From Ignavibacteriales bacterium (GTDB lineage Bacteria > Bacteroidota > Ignavibacteria > UBA10030 > SZUA-254): DNA of 64,000 nt. How positions within the stretch are numbered: position 1 is the first letter of the stretch; every line of letters starts with the position of its first letter. Below, one piece after another: positions 19,015 to 28,880 of this stretch. Under the pieces are notes generated by a model. That model was not told the DNA's origin and searched no databases. It saw only the letters and a program-made list of their open reading frames with translations. The position numbers and the translations under genes were made by a program. The stretch spans positions 321,008 to 385,007 of the forward strand of contig JACRMQ010000006.1 in the NCBI GenBank assembly GCA_016214905.1, given 5' to 3'.

Positions 19015-19997
19015 TAGATAGCAAGACAATCATTGAAAAAGGTAAGAACGTTATCCGCATCGAAGCAGAGGCGGTTGCTGAGTTGGAATCACACATCGAC
19101 GAAAACTTTGCAAAAGCGGTGGAAATTATTTGTGCCTCGAAAGGCAGAATTGTAGTTACAGGCATGGGTAAGTCCGGAATAGTCGCGCGTAAAATCGTAG
19201 CCACCCTGAATTCAACCGGAACTCCTGCAATGTATCTTCATCCGACGGATGCTGTCCATGGCGATTTCGGCATGGTCAGAAAAGAAGATGTAGTAGTTTG
19301 TATATCGAAAAGCGGTAATACACCCGAGCTTAAACCGCTCATTCCTCTTTTTAAGCGTGTGGGTGTTCCGCTGATATGCATGGTGGGCAATCTCAATTCA
19401 ATTTTATCTCAGCAGGCAGATATTATTCTGGATGTCGGTGTGAAAGAAGAGGCATGCCCTCACGATCTTGCTCCAACTTCATCTACAACCGCGACAATGG
19501 CGATGGGTGATGCTCTGGCTATTGCGCTTTTAGAGAAAAGAAATTTCACAGCCGAAGATTTCGCGCTTTATCATCCGGGCGGAAATTTGGGTAAACGACT
19601 TCTGCTCAAGATCGAAGAGATGATGGTCGCGGGTGATGCGGTTCCTATCGTCCATGCGAATGTTCCAACGCGCGATGCGATATTGGAAATGACGTCGAAG
19701 CGTTTGGGCGCCACATGTGTTGTAAACAACGAGGGTAAATTACTCGGTATCATTACCGATGGAGATTTACGTCGTCTTCTTCAACAAACTACCGATCTGA
19801 CTCATCTAACAGCCGAGATGATGATGAAAAAAAATCCCAAAACAATTTCGAAAAACATGCTGGCAGCAGTTGCGTTACAGGAAATGGAAGCACATAAAAT
19901 CACCCAACTGGTTGTCGTTGATGAAGATAACAAACCTGTGGGAATGATTCATCTGCACGATCTTGTTGAAGCGGGTTTGGGTGGAGAAAACCAGTAA
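19011..19997 (+). CDS. kdsD: Arabinose 5-phosphate isomerase (KpsF/GutQ)
   Basis: SIS domain TGMGKSG, HGDFG, APTSSTT, HPGG; tandem CBS domains. Confidence 0.96.
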   Translation: MIDSKTIIEKGKNVIRIEAEAVAELESHIDENFAKAVEIICASKGRIVVTGMGKSGIVARKIVATLNSTGTPAMYLHPTDAVHGDFGMVRKEDVVVCISKSGNTPELKPLIPLFKRVGVPLICMVGNLNSILSQQADIILDVGVKEEACPHDLAPTSSTTATMAMGDALAIALLEKRNFTAEDFALYHPGGNLGKRLLLKIEEMMVAGDAVPIVHANVPTRDAILEMTSKRLGATCVVNNEGKLLGIITDGDLRRLLQQTTDLTHLTAEMMMKKNPKTISKNMLAAVALQEMEAHKITQLVVVDEDNKPVGMIHLHDLVEAGLGGENQ

Positions 19998-20000
19998 TCA

Positions 20001-20588
20001 ATGCAAAAGGAAAAAATCAAAATTAAAAAATTATATCTTCTCAATCCTTTCGCCACATTGTTTGTTGTGTTAATTCTAATTTCTTTCATTATTTATGGTT
20101 GCGAATCAAAAGTTAAACCACCTATCACACCAGTTGGATTAGGTTATGATGTACCAAGTCAGGAAAGCTGGAACGCGAATATAACATTCACAGATTCCGG
20201 GAAGGTGACGGGGAAACTGCGCGCAGGTCATATCCGTATGTACTCCGATAGAAAAACCACAGAACTCGATTCATTGGTCATTGTCGACTTTTTCGATGAT
20301 CAACAACACCATACATCAATCTTGACCGCAGAGCGGGGAACCGTGAACGATATTACGCATGACTTCGAGGTCCATGAAGATGTTGTGGTTAAATCCGATA
20401 GTGGAACGGTGCTTCGAACCGAACATCTGTATTGGTCTAACACTACACAAAAAGTTCATACTAACGCGTATGTTGAGATTACCTCACCTACCGAACAGAT
20501 ACAGGGACACGGTTTCGAATCAGATAAGAGTTTAAAGCATTACACAATTTTTAAAGTAACCGGCAAAGCCAAGACGAATGAAAAATAA
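20001..20588 (+). CDS. lptC: LPS export periplasmic protein LptC
   Basis: N-terminal hydrophobic segment; beta-jellyroll motifs LRTEHLYWS, QIQGHGFESD; operon position. Confidence 0.85.
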   Translation: MQKEKIKIKKLYLLNPFATLFVVLILISFIIYGCESKVKPPITPVGLGYDVPSQESWNANITFTDSGKVTGKLRAGHIRMYSDRKTTELDSLVIVDFFDDQQHHTSILTAERGTVNDITHDFEVHEDVVVKSDSGTVLRTEHLYWSNTTQKVHTNAYVEITSPTEQIQGHGFESDKSLKHYTIFKVTGKAKTNEK

Positions 20589-21825
20589 TATTTCTCCGTT
20601 TTTTATCATCACCATAATTTTAAGTTTCTTCGCTCATGTTCGATCGCAGGAAAAAGACAGCGTTGTGGTTATTGAACATGCCGATAGTCTGGTGGGAACA
20701 GAGATCAATGGAGAGAAAGCCCGTCAACTTATCGGCAATGTAAAATTGAGACACGGTTCAACTGTTGTAACATGCGACCGCGCAATTCAATATTTATCGT
20801 CGAACAAATTTGAGATGGAAGGGGTTGTTCAGATAAAAGATGATACGATGCGGCTTGTTGGGATGCGCGGCGCGTATTATCAGAAGGAGAAAGTCGGAGA
20901 GATGTTTGATCGGGTATTGCTTGAAGATCCTACAACACATTTGCAGGCATCGTATGGTAAATATTTTGCAGAAGAAAAGAAAGCATATTTCAGGGGAAAC
21001 GTTTATGTTGAAGATACTTCTTCTGTTTTAACATCGGATGAGCTTACATATTATCGTTCGGCTGAAAAATCTGTTGCGGATGGGAATGTAAAAATTAACA
21101 ATCGACGAAACCGTTTAACGATATTCGGAACTCATTTCGAGAATGATAAGAAAAGACAATACAGCAAGATGACCGGAAATCCGCGACTGATTCAGATCGA
21201 CACAACATCGAAAGGCGAAACCGATACACTGATTGTAACCGCATCAACGCTCGAATCGTATCAGGACAGCGTTGAGCGGCTTATCGCCACCGATAGCGTT
21301 CGTATCACTCGCGGCACTGTTTCGGGCGAGGCAGGATTGACGCTATATTTTACAGAAGCCGATAGTATTTTCATGACAAGAGCACCCTGCATTTGGTATG
21401 AAACCGGAAAGAATGAAGACAACCAGATTACAGGCGAGTCGATATTTCTGAAGTTAAAGAAGAGGAAATTAGAGACGGCGTATGTGCGCGGAAGGGCAGT
21501 GGCAATCTCCCGTGCCGATACCGTTTATACCGAAAGATTTAATCAAATGACCGGGCAGGAAATTATTCTTCGGTTCGTCGATGATAAAGTGAATCGAATC
21601 AATGTTATCACAACAGCCACAAGTTTGTATTATCTTTTCGATAACGGTAAACCAAACGGGATGAATGTAACAACGGGAGATGAAATCATTGTGCTCTTTA
21701 AAGAAGGTAAGATAGATAAGATAAAAGCATTATCCGGTGTCGAAGGGAAATATTATCCGGAGAAAATGATCAAAGGAAATGAAGCAGACTACAACCTGCC
21801 AGAATTCAATTGGAAAAAGAAATGA
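20578..21825 (+). CDS. lptA: OstA/LptA-like multi-jellyroll LPS transport protein
   Basis: Signal peptide; IEHADSL, LIGNVKL, CDRA repeated jellyroll motifs; between lptC and lptB. Confidence 0.8.
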   Translation: MKNNISPFFIITIILSFFAHVRSQEKDSVVVIEHADSLVGTEINGEKARQLIGNVKLRHGSTVVTCDRAIQYLSSNKFEMEGVVQIKDDTMRLVGMRGAYYQKEKVGEMFDRVLLEDPTTHLQASYGKYFAEEKKAYFRGNVYVEDTSSVLTSDELTYYRSAEKSVADGNVKINNRRNRLTIFGTHFENDKKRQYSKMTGNPRLIQIDTTSKGETDTLIVTASTLESYQDSVERLIATDSVRITRGTVSGEAGLTLYFTEADSIFMTRAPCIWYETGKNEDNQITGESIFLKLKKRKLETAYVRGRAVAISRADTVYTERFNQMTGQEIILRFVDDKVNRINVITTATSLYYLFDNGKPNGMNVTTGDEIIVLFKEGKIDKIKALSGVEGKYYPEKMIKGNEADYNLPEFNWKKK

Positions 21826-21875
21826 ATTCTCCCGATATTTTTAACATCGTGAAATAAACTGTATATTATCCGATA

Positions 21876-22664
21876 ATGAATCAGCAAATTGAAAATACTC
21901 CCGAAACTCAACCACGAGACGTTATGAACGGAAGCGTCTTGCGATCCGAGGGGCTTTTCAAACGTTACAAGAAACGGTACGTTGTTAATAATGTAAATGT
22001 TGAAGTGCGTCAGGGTGAAGTGGTGGGCTTGCTTGGTCCCAATGGCGCGGGGAAAACTACAACATTCTATATGATCGTCGGGATGATAAAGCCGACAGAT
22101 GGAAAAGTGTTTTACAACGGTTCAGAGATTACATCGGAGCCGATGTACAAGCGCGCGAGAATGGGTATTGGATATCTTTCGCAGGAAGCATCGGTCTTCA
22201 GAAAATTATCGGTGCAGGATAATATCACTGCCGTGCTCGAGTTAATGGGTATCGGTAAGAAAGAACGGGAAGAAAGATGTCAGCAACTGATTGACGATTT
22301 TGGATTGAACAATATTGCCAAAAGCAAAGGTTATATGTTATCGGGCGGAGAGAGGCGCAGGACCGAAATTGCACGCGCTCTGGCAACAAAACCGAAATTT
22401 ATTTTGTTAGACGAACCATTTGCCGGTATCGATCCGATAGCAGTTGAAGATATTATGCGCATCGTTCAGGGTTTGAAGAACCGCGGCATCGGAGTTCTCG
22501 TCACCGATCATAATGTTCACGAAACGCTTTCAATAACCGACCGCTCGTATTTGTTATTCGAGGGAAAGATAATAAAATCAGGATCGGCAGAAACACTTGC
22601 CAACGATCCCGAAGCGCGGAGATTGTATCTGGGCGAAAAGTTTAAGCTTGATAGGTACGAATAA
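21876..22664 (+). CDS. lptB: LPS export ABC transporter ATPase
   Basis: [37 protein letters not shown]. Confidence 0.97.
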   Translation: MNQQIENTPETQPRDVMNGSVLRSEGLFKRYKKRYVVNNVNVEVRQGEVVGLLGPNGAGKTTTFYMIVGMIKPTDGKVFYNGSEITSEPMYKRARMGIGYLSQEASVFRKLSVQDNITAVLELMGIGKKEREERCQQLIDDFGLNNIAKSKGYMLSGGERRRTEIARALATKPKFILLDEPFAGIDPIAVEDIMRIVQGLKNRGIGVLVTDHNVHETLSITDRSYLLFEGKIIKSGSAETLANDPEARRLYLGEKFKLDRYE

Positions 22665-22743
22665 ACTAAAATTTGTTGTTAATAGAGTGGTCTAATCACA
22701 ACAAATTGACACACAAACGAAAACACTTTCAAAATACTTCGTT

Positions 22744-24300
22744 TTAAAACACACCAAACAAAAGTTGACTTATCACCACAAGAACGAATATGGTGATTAT
22801 CCAACCCAAAATATCTAAAACAAAACCGGCTTTAATCATATCTTTCAACTTGACGTAACCAGTACCGTACACAAGCGCGTTCGGAGGCGTGGCAACAGGA
22901 AGCATAAACCCCATCGATGATGCCACGGCTACGGCAATTGAAAGAGCAACGGGATTTTCTCCGGTAGTCAGCGCAATCGAAATGACAATCGGGACCATCA
23001 TCGATGTTACAGCCGTATTGGATGTAACTTCGGTCAGGAAATCTATTAAAAATATAATTATTATCATCAGTAAAAGAGTTGATGGTGTCCCGAAAATTCC
23101 GATAAATGAGGTTGCTATCCATGTGGCAAGTCCGGTTTTAAACATCGCATCCGAAAGCGCTATACCTCCGCCAAATAATATCAATGTTCCCCAATCAACA
23201 AATTTTGTATCGTGCCATTCGAGAAGGAACTGTCCTTCTTTCAATTTTACGGGAATCAAGAAAAGAAGAACGCCGCAGAATAATCCAATCAAATACTCGT
23301 CTAACCAGAGCAACTGTGTTTGCAGCCATACCGGAAATATGTACTTCCAAAAAGGATTTGAAATCCAGAGAAATACTGCCAGCAAAACAACGGCAATGGT
23401 TCGTTTCTCGCCGGAGGAAAGTTTCCCGAGTAACGATTGTTCTTTCCGGAGTTGCTCTTTCCCTCCTGCGAGTTTATCAATTTCGGCGGGAAATATTTTT
23501 ATGAGTACGAACCATGCTACCGGTATTGCCAGAATAACATAAGGGATACCAAATTTCATCCAATCCAAAAATGATATTTGTCTGTATCCGGGATCGTTCG
23601 CGAACGTTGAATTGAGAATCGCGAGCGCGATCCCATTCGGTGGTGTGCCAATGACTGTACCAACACCACCGATGGAAGCAGACCATGCAATTCCCAGCAT
23701 GAGTGATGTCCCGAATCGTGACTCGCCCGGTTTCACACCGATAAACGAAAGGACACCCAATCCTAACGGAAGCATCATCGCGGCGGTCGCGGTATTCGAA
23801 ATCCACATCGATATGAATGCTGTCGTAATCATGATACCGAGCAATATGCTTTTTGTATTGTCAGCGAGATTTCCACGGGTGAGGATATATAACGTAAGTC
23901 GTCTGTCCAATTTCCATTTTTGCATAGCACCTGCAAGGAGGAATCCGCCAAGGAAAAGATAAATAACAGGATTCGCGTAATTAAGCAATGTGCGAAGAAA
24001 ATTGAATTCATAGAGGTTATCGCCATGCAAGCCGGTGATTTTTAAAATTGGAAATAATACAGCGGGCAGCAGTGCCGTGGCGGGGATTGGTATTGGCTCT
24101 GTTATCCACCAAATTATCATCAGAGTAAGAACAGCGAGAACCGATTGCATTGATCTGGCGAGTAATTGTGGATCGAGAAATATTTGCTGTTCTGCTATGA
24201 GTCGTTGGCCTGTCGTCAGAAATATATCTAGTGTAGGTAAAATAAGTATGATGATGAACGATAAGATACCTAAAATGAATCCGACCGATTTAGTGTTCAT
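22744..24300 (-). CDS. SLC13/DASS family sodium:sulfate/dicarboxylate symporter
   Basis: SMWISNTATAAMM, IGTPPN, TEVTSNTA, MLPVATPPNA; many TM helices. Confidence 0.93.
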   Translation of the reverse strand: MNTKSVGFILGILSFIIILILPTLDIFLTTGQRLIAEQQIFLDPQLLARSMQSVLAVLTLMIIWWITEPIPIPATALLPAVLFPILKITGLHGDNLYEFNFLRTLLNYANPVIYLFLGGFLLAGAMQKWKLDRRLTLYILTRGNLADNTKSILLGIMITTAFISMWISNTATAAMMLPLGLGVLSFIGVKPGESRFGTSLMLGIAWSASIGGVGTVIGTPPNGIALAILNSTFANDPGYRQISFLDWMKFGIPYVILAIPVAWFVLIKIFPAEIDKLAGGKEQLRKEQSLLGKLSSGEKRTIAVVLLAVFLWISNPFWKYIFPVWLQTQLLWLDEYLIGLFCGVLLFLIPVKLKEGQFLLEWHDTKFVDWGTLILFGGGIALSDAMFKTGLATWIATSFIGIFGTPSTLLLMIIIIFLIDFLTEVTSNTAVTSMMVPIVISIALTTGENPVALSIAVAVASSMGFMLPVATPPNALVYGTGYVKLKDMIKAGFVLDILGWIITIFVLVVISQLLFGVF

Positions 24301-24362
24301 TTTATTTTATTAGAAATTAAATTCGAAATTCTCATGCCGGTCAAAAATATCTGGAATGAATA

Positions 24363-24917
24363 TTATTTAACTTCAATTATTTCCAGCAAATCAACAAGCA
24401 TGGCACTCGGAATATATCCACCTGAACTCATCGATAGAACTAATTTAGAATTTGCCGGACAATACAGGATAGATTCAGATCTATATGATTTCCAGATTGT
24501 ATCCGATATGACTACAAAAATATAATTTTTTGGATTCTCCGGAATGAAAACCTCAGGTACTGCCTCTAATTCTACAACCCCACCGATTTCTAGATTTTTC
24601 CCCCAACATCGTAATACCAACTTTCTATCATGACTGCTTGATGGAAGCTGATAAGATGTATGTGGAACAAGACAACCACCGGAAACATAGGCGGATTGTT
24701 TTCCGCCGAAACGAGGTGCATCGTTTCTAAATTCCATCCAACCCTTCCAACCGATTGTGTCGGACGATGATTCAAAGGAATTGAAATAAATTCTATTCTC
24801 CGGTGATGGAAGTAACTCTATGGGTTGCTGCATCCAATCACATCCGCGAAGGAACGATAACAGAGATAAAAAGCTAATTGTGACTATTGAGTTTATCCAA
24901 ATCATATATACCTCCAT
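24363..24917 (-). CDS. Hypothetical exported protein, possibly a lipoprotein
   Basis: 184-aa ORF with hydrophobic N-terminus ending LRGC; co-oriented with neighbours. Confidence 0.6.
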   Translation of the reverse strand: MEVYMIWINSIVTISFLSLLSFLRGCDWMQQPIELLPSPENRIYFNSFESSSDTIGWKGWMEFRNDAPRFGGKQSAYVSGGCLVPHTSYQLPSSSHDRKLVLRCWGKNLEIGGVVELEAVPEVFIPENPKNYIFVVISDTIWKSYRSESILYCPANSKLVLSMSSGGYIPSAMLVDLLEIIEVK

Positions 24918-24990
24918 GATGTAGATAATTTAGTTTGAATATTGATTAAGGAGCATCAATTCTAATTCCAATTCCTTATATGACCTTAAT

Positions 24991-26403
24991 TTATTTATCT
25001 CCTGATTTAAAAACAACCCATGGCTGAGAGGGTCGATCTTTAATAAGTCCACTCATCCAACCGAATTGCGGATGCACTTCCAGATATTTTTTTGCATCAA
25101 ATGGAGTTCCGCAAGAAGAACCCCATCTGCCAGCAAACGACATTTCTTTAGCTATAGTCGCATCTAAAACTTTTCCGTCAATTGAGCCACCGGCATCGTA
25201 CGGAGTACCGTCGCTGGAGTATCGCGGATCGAGTTCATCATGTCCGCATAGAGAGCGCCCGCCGGGATTATTCATCTTCAAATATGTGTCGAAATGATCG
25301 GCTTCAAACAGTTTCGCAGTTTCGAGATTGATTTTTCCTTTATACTCTTTCATAAGTTGATTCCATCTGACTCGCCGAGCAATTGATGAATATTTTATGT
25401 TCGTATTATCGGCGTGTGTTTCGAAGCGGAGAAGTTTTAAATCTTCCGCGATATTTGATCCGGTGAAATATCCATCGGTCTTCTTCTCAAATCCAACACA
25501 TTTCAAACCGAGTTCCAAGCGGGCAATTTCATTTGTCTTAATATCGCCGAGCAGCCATGCATTCGCGTAGCCGCCATTGTTATTATTCTTCATGATCTCA
25601 CACCACTCTTCTATGTTGTTTGCATACTGAGTCGCGTGTCTCATGCGGGAAAATTCAGGAACTCCGCTGGTATCGAAAGGAAAGAATCCGCCTATCGTAG
25701 TTTCAGATCCTACAAGTCCGGCATCTGTGACAAAAAAATCTGTCCCGCTGTGAATCCAGCCGGTGAAGGTTTGCATTAATATTCTATGTCCGCTATCGGG
25801 AAGAATGTCGAGAACAATATTGCAATCTGATTCAGGGAAACCGACCATAGAATTATGTCCAAGCACAATTTTGCCATCGATTGTCATACTACCAGTCGCA
25901 ATAAAAGAACTGCACGATTGTTTTTTCGGTTCAACGGCATTTGGGCTGATTGAATCTTTTACTGTTGGCCACCAATACCATGCCAGTTCAAAAAAGCCGT
26001 TCAGCGTAATCAATTCATCCCGCGTGACAAAATATTTTGCGGCTTTCATGCCATCAACCATACCATTAATTTCATCAACAAGTTCGGAATCAACTTTTGG
26101 TGTGAACATTTCACCAGCTTTTCGAACGAGCCACAACCAATCCATCGCGGTTTGATAGTTCCAGACTTTTACGCGAGTTTGAATCGCCTCATTAATTTCC
26201 TTCGCAAGAAGATAACCATGCTGGAAACCACGCTCCTGCGCGTTACCTTCCAGATGAAGATATATCCATCCGGCTTTTTCTGTGCGGAATGATTTTGTAA
26301 GCCATAACTTCTGTTCAGCCGAAAGTGAATCTGATTGTTGTGCAAGAATGTAAAAAGGTATTGTTAATGTAAAGATTATTGTAAGTGCAATATATTTTTT
26401 CAT
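24991..26403 (-). CDS. C45-family / phospholipase-B-like Ntn hydrolase
   Basis: Signal peptide, ERGFQHGYLL, autocleavage site S|CSSFIATG, VLGHNS. Confidence 0.8.
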   Translation of the reverse strand: MKKYIALTIIFTLTIPFYILAQQSDSLSAEQKLWLTKSFRTEKAGWIYLHLEGNAQERGFQHGYLLAKEINEAIQTRVKVWNYQTAMDWLWLVRKAGEMFTPKVDSELVDEINGMVDGMKAAKYFVTRDELITLNGFFELAWYWWPTVKDSISPNAVEPKKQSCSSFIATGSMTIDGKIVLGHNSMVGFPESDCNIVLDILPDSGHRILMQTFTGWIHSGTDFFVTDAGLVGSETTIGGFFPFDTSGVPEFSRMRHATQYANNIEEWCEIMKNNNNGGYANAWLLGDIKTNEIARLELGLKCVGFEKKTDGYFTGSNIAEDLKLLRFETHADNTNIKYSSIARRVRWNQLMKEYKGKINLETAKLFEADHFDTYLKMNNPGGRSLCGHDELDPRYSSDGTPYDAGGSIDGKVLDATIAKEMSFAGRWGSSCGTPFDAKKYLEVHPQFGWMSGLIKDRPSQPWVVFKSGDK

Positions 26404-26419
26404 ATAATCCTTAACAAAA

Positions 26420-27784
26420 TTATTTTATCCAAACTGTTTTGATATTCACAAATTCTCGTATTCCAAAAGCACTTAATTCGCGCCCGTATCCGGAGTTCTT
26501 CACTCCTCCAAACGGTAATCGGGGATCGGAAACAACCATTCCGTTTATGAATACCGATCCGGTTTGAAGCTCATCGATGAATTGCTGTTTTTCTGAAGCG
26601 ATTTTAGTCCATGCGCTCGCTCCCAAACCGAACGGTGAATCGTTTGCGAGTTTTATTGCTTCATTTATGTTATTCACTTTGAATAATGAAGCAACCGGAC
26701 CGAATAATTCTTGTGAATGTGCCGGCGAATCTTTCGGAATATTCGTGATGATAGTAGGCTCATAATAATTTCCGGGTCTGTCTATGCGATGACCACCCGT
26801 AAGAATACGCGCGCCCATTTTAACGCTCGTATCAACTTGTTCTTCCAGTTCATTTAAAAGAGCAGGTGTCGCGAGGGGACCGATATCGCAATCATCTAAC
26901 ATAGGATCGGATACTTTTAATTTTTCCGTCTCTTCGATAAAAAGAGATGTGAATTCTTTGTAAATTTTATTGTGCACAATGAACCGCTTTGCAGCTATGC
27001 AAGATTGTCCGTTATTAATTGTCCTGGCTCTCACTGCGATTCTTGCTGCTTCCTCGATATTCGAGCTCGGCATTACAATAAAAGGATCGCTTCCGCCTAA
27101 TTCAAGAACCGTTTTCTTGATTGCTTTACCGGCAATGCTCGCAACTGAACGACCTGCCGGTTCGCTGCCTGTTAATGTTATAGCTTTAATTCTATCATCT
27201 TCAATTATTCTTGAAACTTTATCGGAACCGATCAGGAGTGATTGAAAAGTTTCATCCGGAAAGCCCGCTCGCCTGAAAATATCTTCTATTGCGAGCGCGC
27301 ATTGAGGCACATTTGATGCATGTTTAAGTAATCCAACATTTCCCGCCATCAGGGCAGGTGCCGCAAATCGGAACACTTGCCAAAAAGGAAAATTCCATGG
27401 CATTACTGCGAGTATAATTCCAAGTGGTTGATATTTTATGTAACTTTTCGATGCGGTAGTTTGCACTAATTCATCGGCTAAAAAATGTTCCGCCTTCTCT
27501 GCGTAATATCTGCATACCCAGGCGCATTTTGCCGCTTCTTCGGCTGCCGACCATAATGGCTTACCCATTTCGGTTGTCATAATTCCACCGAATATGGTTT
27601 TCTCTTCTTCAAGAATATCGGCGGCTTTGTTCATCATCGCGGTACGTTCTTGAAAAGATATATTTTTATATTTCTGGAAAATATTTTCGGCGAGAGATAT
27701 CTTAACCTCTAACTCCTCGGGAGAAAGTGGATTGAAAGTTTTTAGAATTTCACCGGTTGCAGGATTGATCGATATTATTGACAT
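26420..27784 (-). CDS. gabD: Succinate-semialdehyde dehydrogenase-like aldehyde dehydrogenase
   Basis: MPWNFPFWQVFRF, LKHASNVP, LELGGSDPF, NNGQSCIAAKRF, ELFGPV. Confidence 0.85.
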   Translation of the reverse strand: MSIISINPATGEILKTFNPLSPEELEVKISLAENIFQKYKNISFQERTAMMNKAADILEEEKTIFGGIMTTEMGKPLWSAAEEAAKCAWVCRYYAEKAEHFLADELVQTTASKSYIKYQPLGIILAVMPWNFPFWQVFRFAAPALMAGNVGLLKHASNVPQCALAIEDIFRRAGFPDETFQSLLIGSDKVSRIIEDDRIKAITLTGSEPAGRSVASIAGKAIKKTVLELGGSDPFIVMPSSNIEEAARIAVRARTINNGQSCIAAKRFIVHNKIYKEFTSLFIEETEKLKVSDPMLDDCDIGPLATPALLNELEEQVDTSVKMGARILTGGHRIDRPGNYYEPTIITNIPKDSPAHSQELFGPVASLFKVNNINEAIKLANDSPFGLGASAWTKIASEKQQFIDELQTGSVFINGMVVSDPRLPFGGVKNSGYGRELSAFGIREFVNIKTVWIK

Positions 27785-27838
27785 GGGATCAATTAAAAGT
27801 TAAAAATTAAAAGATAAAAGTAAAATTAAAAATATAAT

Positions 27839-28210
27839 TTAAGTGGATGAAAGCACGAAAATATTTCCTTCGGAATCGACAAACTGGGCATAAGTTCCCC
27901 AAGGTGCAGTAGTGGGGGGGACTTTAAATTCAACGCCGCGTAATTTTAATTCCTCATATGTAGTATTCACATCCGCGCACGTAAATGCCATGTTCATGGA
28001 AGTGCCGATCCGGTTTTCGTGACCCGTCGGAGTGAATAATACTACTTTAGTCTCAGATTTGCCTACCTGCATTTCGATCCATCGTGAATCATCGTTGAAT
28101 TTCTGATCTGTAATTAACGTGAACCCCAATTTTTCCGAGTAAAACTTTAGAGCCCTGTCATAATCCGAAACCGGTACACTTATAAATTTCACATGACTAA
28201 TCATAATCAT
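27839..28210 (-). CDS. VOC/glyoxalase family protein
   Basis: VSDYDRALKFYSEKLGF, APWGTYAQFVDSEGN. Confidence 0.9.
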   Translation of the reverse strand: MIMISHVKFISVPVSDYDRALKFYSEKLGFTLITDQKFNDDSRWIEMQVGKSETKVVLFTPTGHENRIGTSMNMAFTCADVNTTYEELKLRGVEFKVPPTTAPWGTYAQFVDSEGNIFVLSST

Positions 28211-28258
28211 CCTTTAATAACTTGAATCATTCCAACAATCCATTACTCGGCTATTCAT

Positions 28259-28786
28259 TCACTTGCCGGGTTTCTTCAGGAATTCTTTGTAGTCAACTTT
28301 CTCGAGTTCATGTATATTTTGCTCTACTTTTTTCTTTAAAGATTTTTTAAATTCTTTCAGTTTGACTGCAACTTTAGAATCGCAATGTGCGATAATTTGT
28401 GCGGCTAGTATGGCGGCATTTTGCGCTCCGTTCAATGCTACAGTTGCAACCGGAATTCCCGACGGCATCTGTAAGATCGATAATATCGAATCCCAACCAT
28501 CGATAGAATTCGTCGATTTGATCGGAACACCGATTATGGGCAGGGTGGTCATAGATGCGATGACACCGGGCAAATGTGCTGCACCTCCTGCGCCCGCGAT
28601 GATTGCTTTGATCCCGCGCTTCTGAGCGGTCGTTGCATATTGAGCGGCACGTTCCGGTGTGCGGTGAGCCGACGCGATTGTAATTTCGAACGGGATCCCG
28701 AAATTTTCCAGCATTTCCGCGGCTTCTGCCATTATCGGCAAATCCGATTTACTCCCCATTATAATTCCAATAAGTGGTTTTTTCAT
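28259..28786 (-). CDS. purE: N5-carboxyaminoimidazole ribonucleotide mutase
   Basis: IIMGSKSD, SAHRTP, AGAGGAAHLPG, QMPSGIPVATV. Confidence 0.97.
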   Translation of the reverse strand: MKKPLIGIIMGSKSDLPIMAEAAEMLENFGIPFEITIASAHRTPERAAQYATTAQKRGIKAIIAGAGGAAHLPGVIASMTTLPIIGVPIKSTNSIDGWDSILSILQMPSGIPVATVALNGAQNAAILAAQIIAHCDSKVAVKLKEFKKSLKKKVEQNIHELEKVDYKEFLKKPGK

Positions 28787-28880
28787 CTCTTCTCCTTGAT
28801 AATTTAAATTGTTCCTCGTGCCAATTTAAGAAGAATGAGTTTAACAATCAAACATCAACGGTCAATTAATATTGACATAA

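Noticed and set aside
22889..23542. 217-aa plus-strand ORF and other short ORFs nested in long genes
   Set aside because: Antisense or alternate-frame shadows of well-supported genes (DASS, OPT, holA and others).
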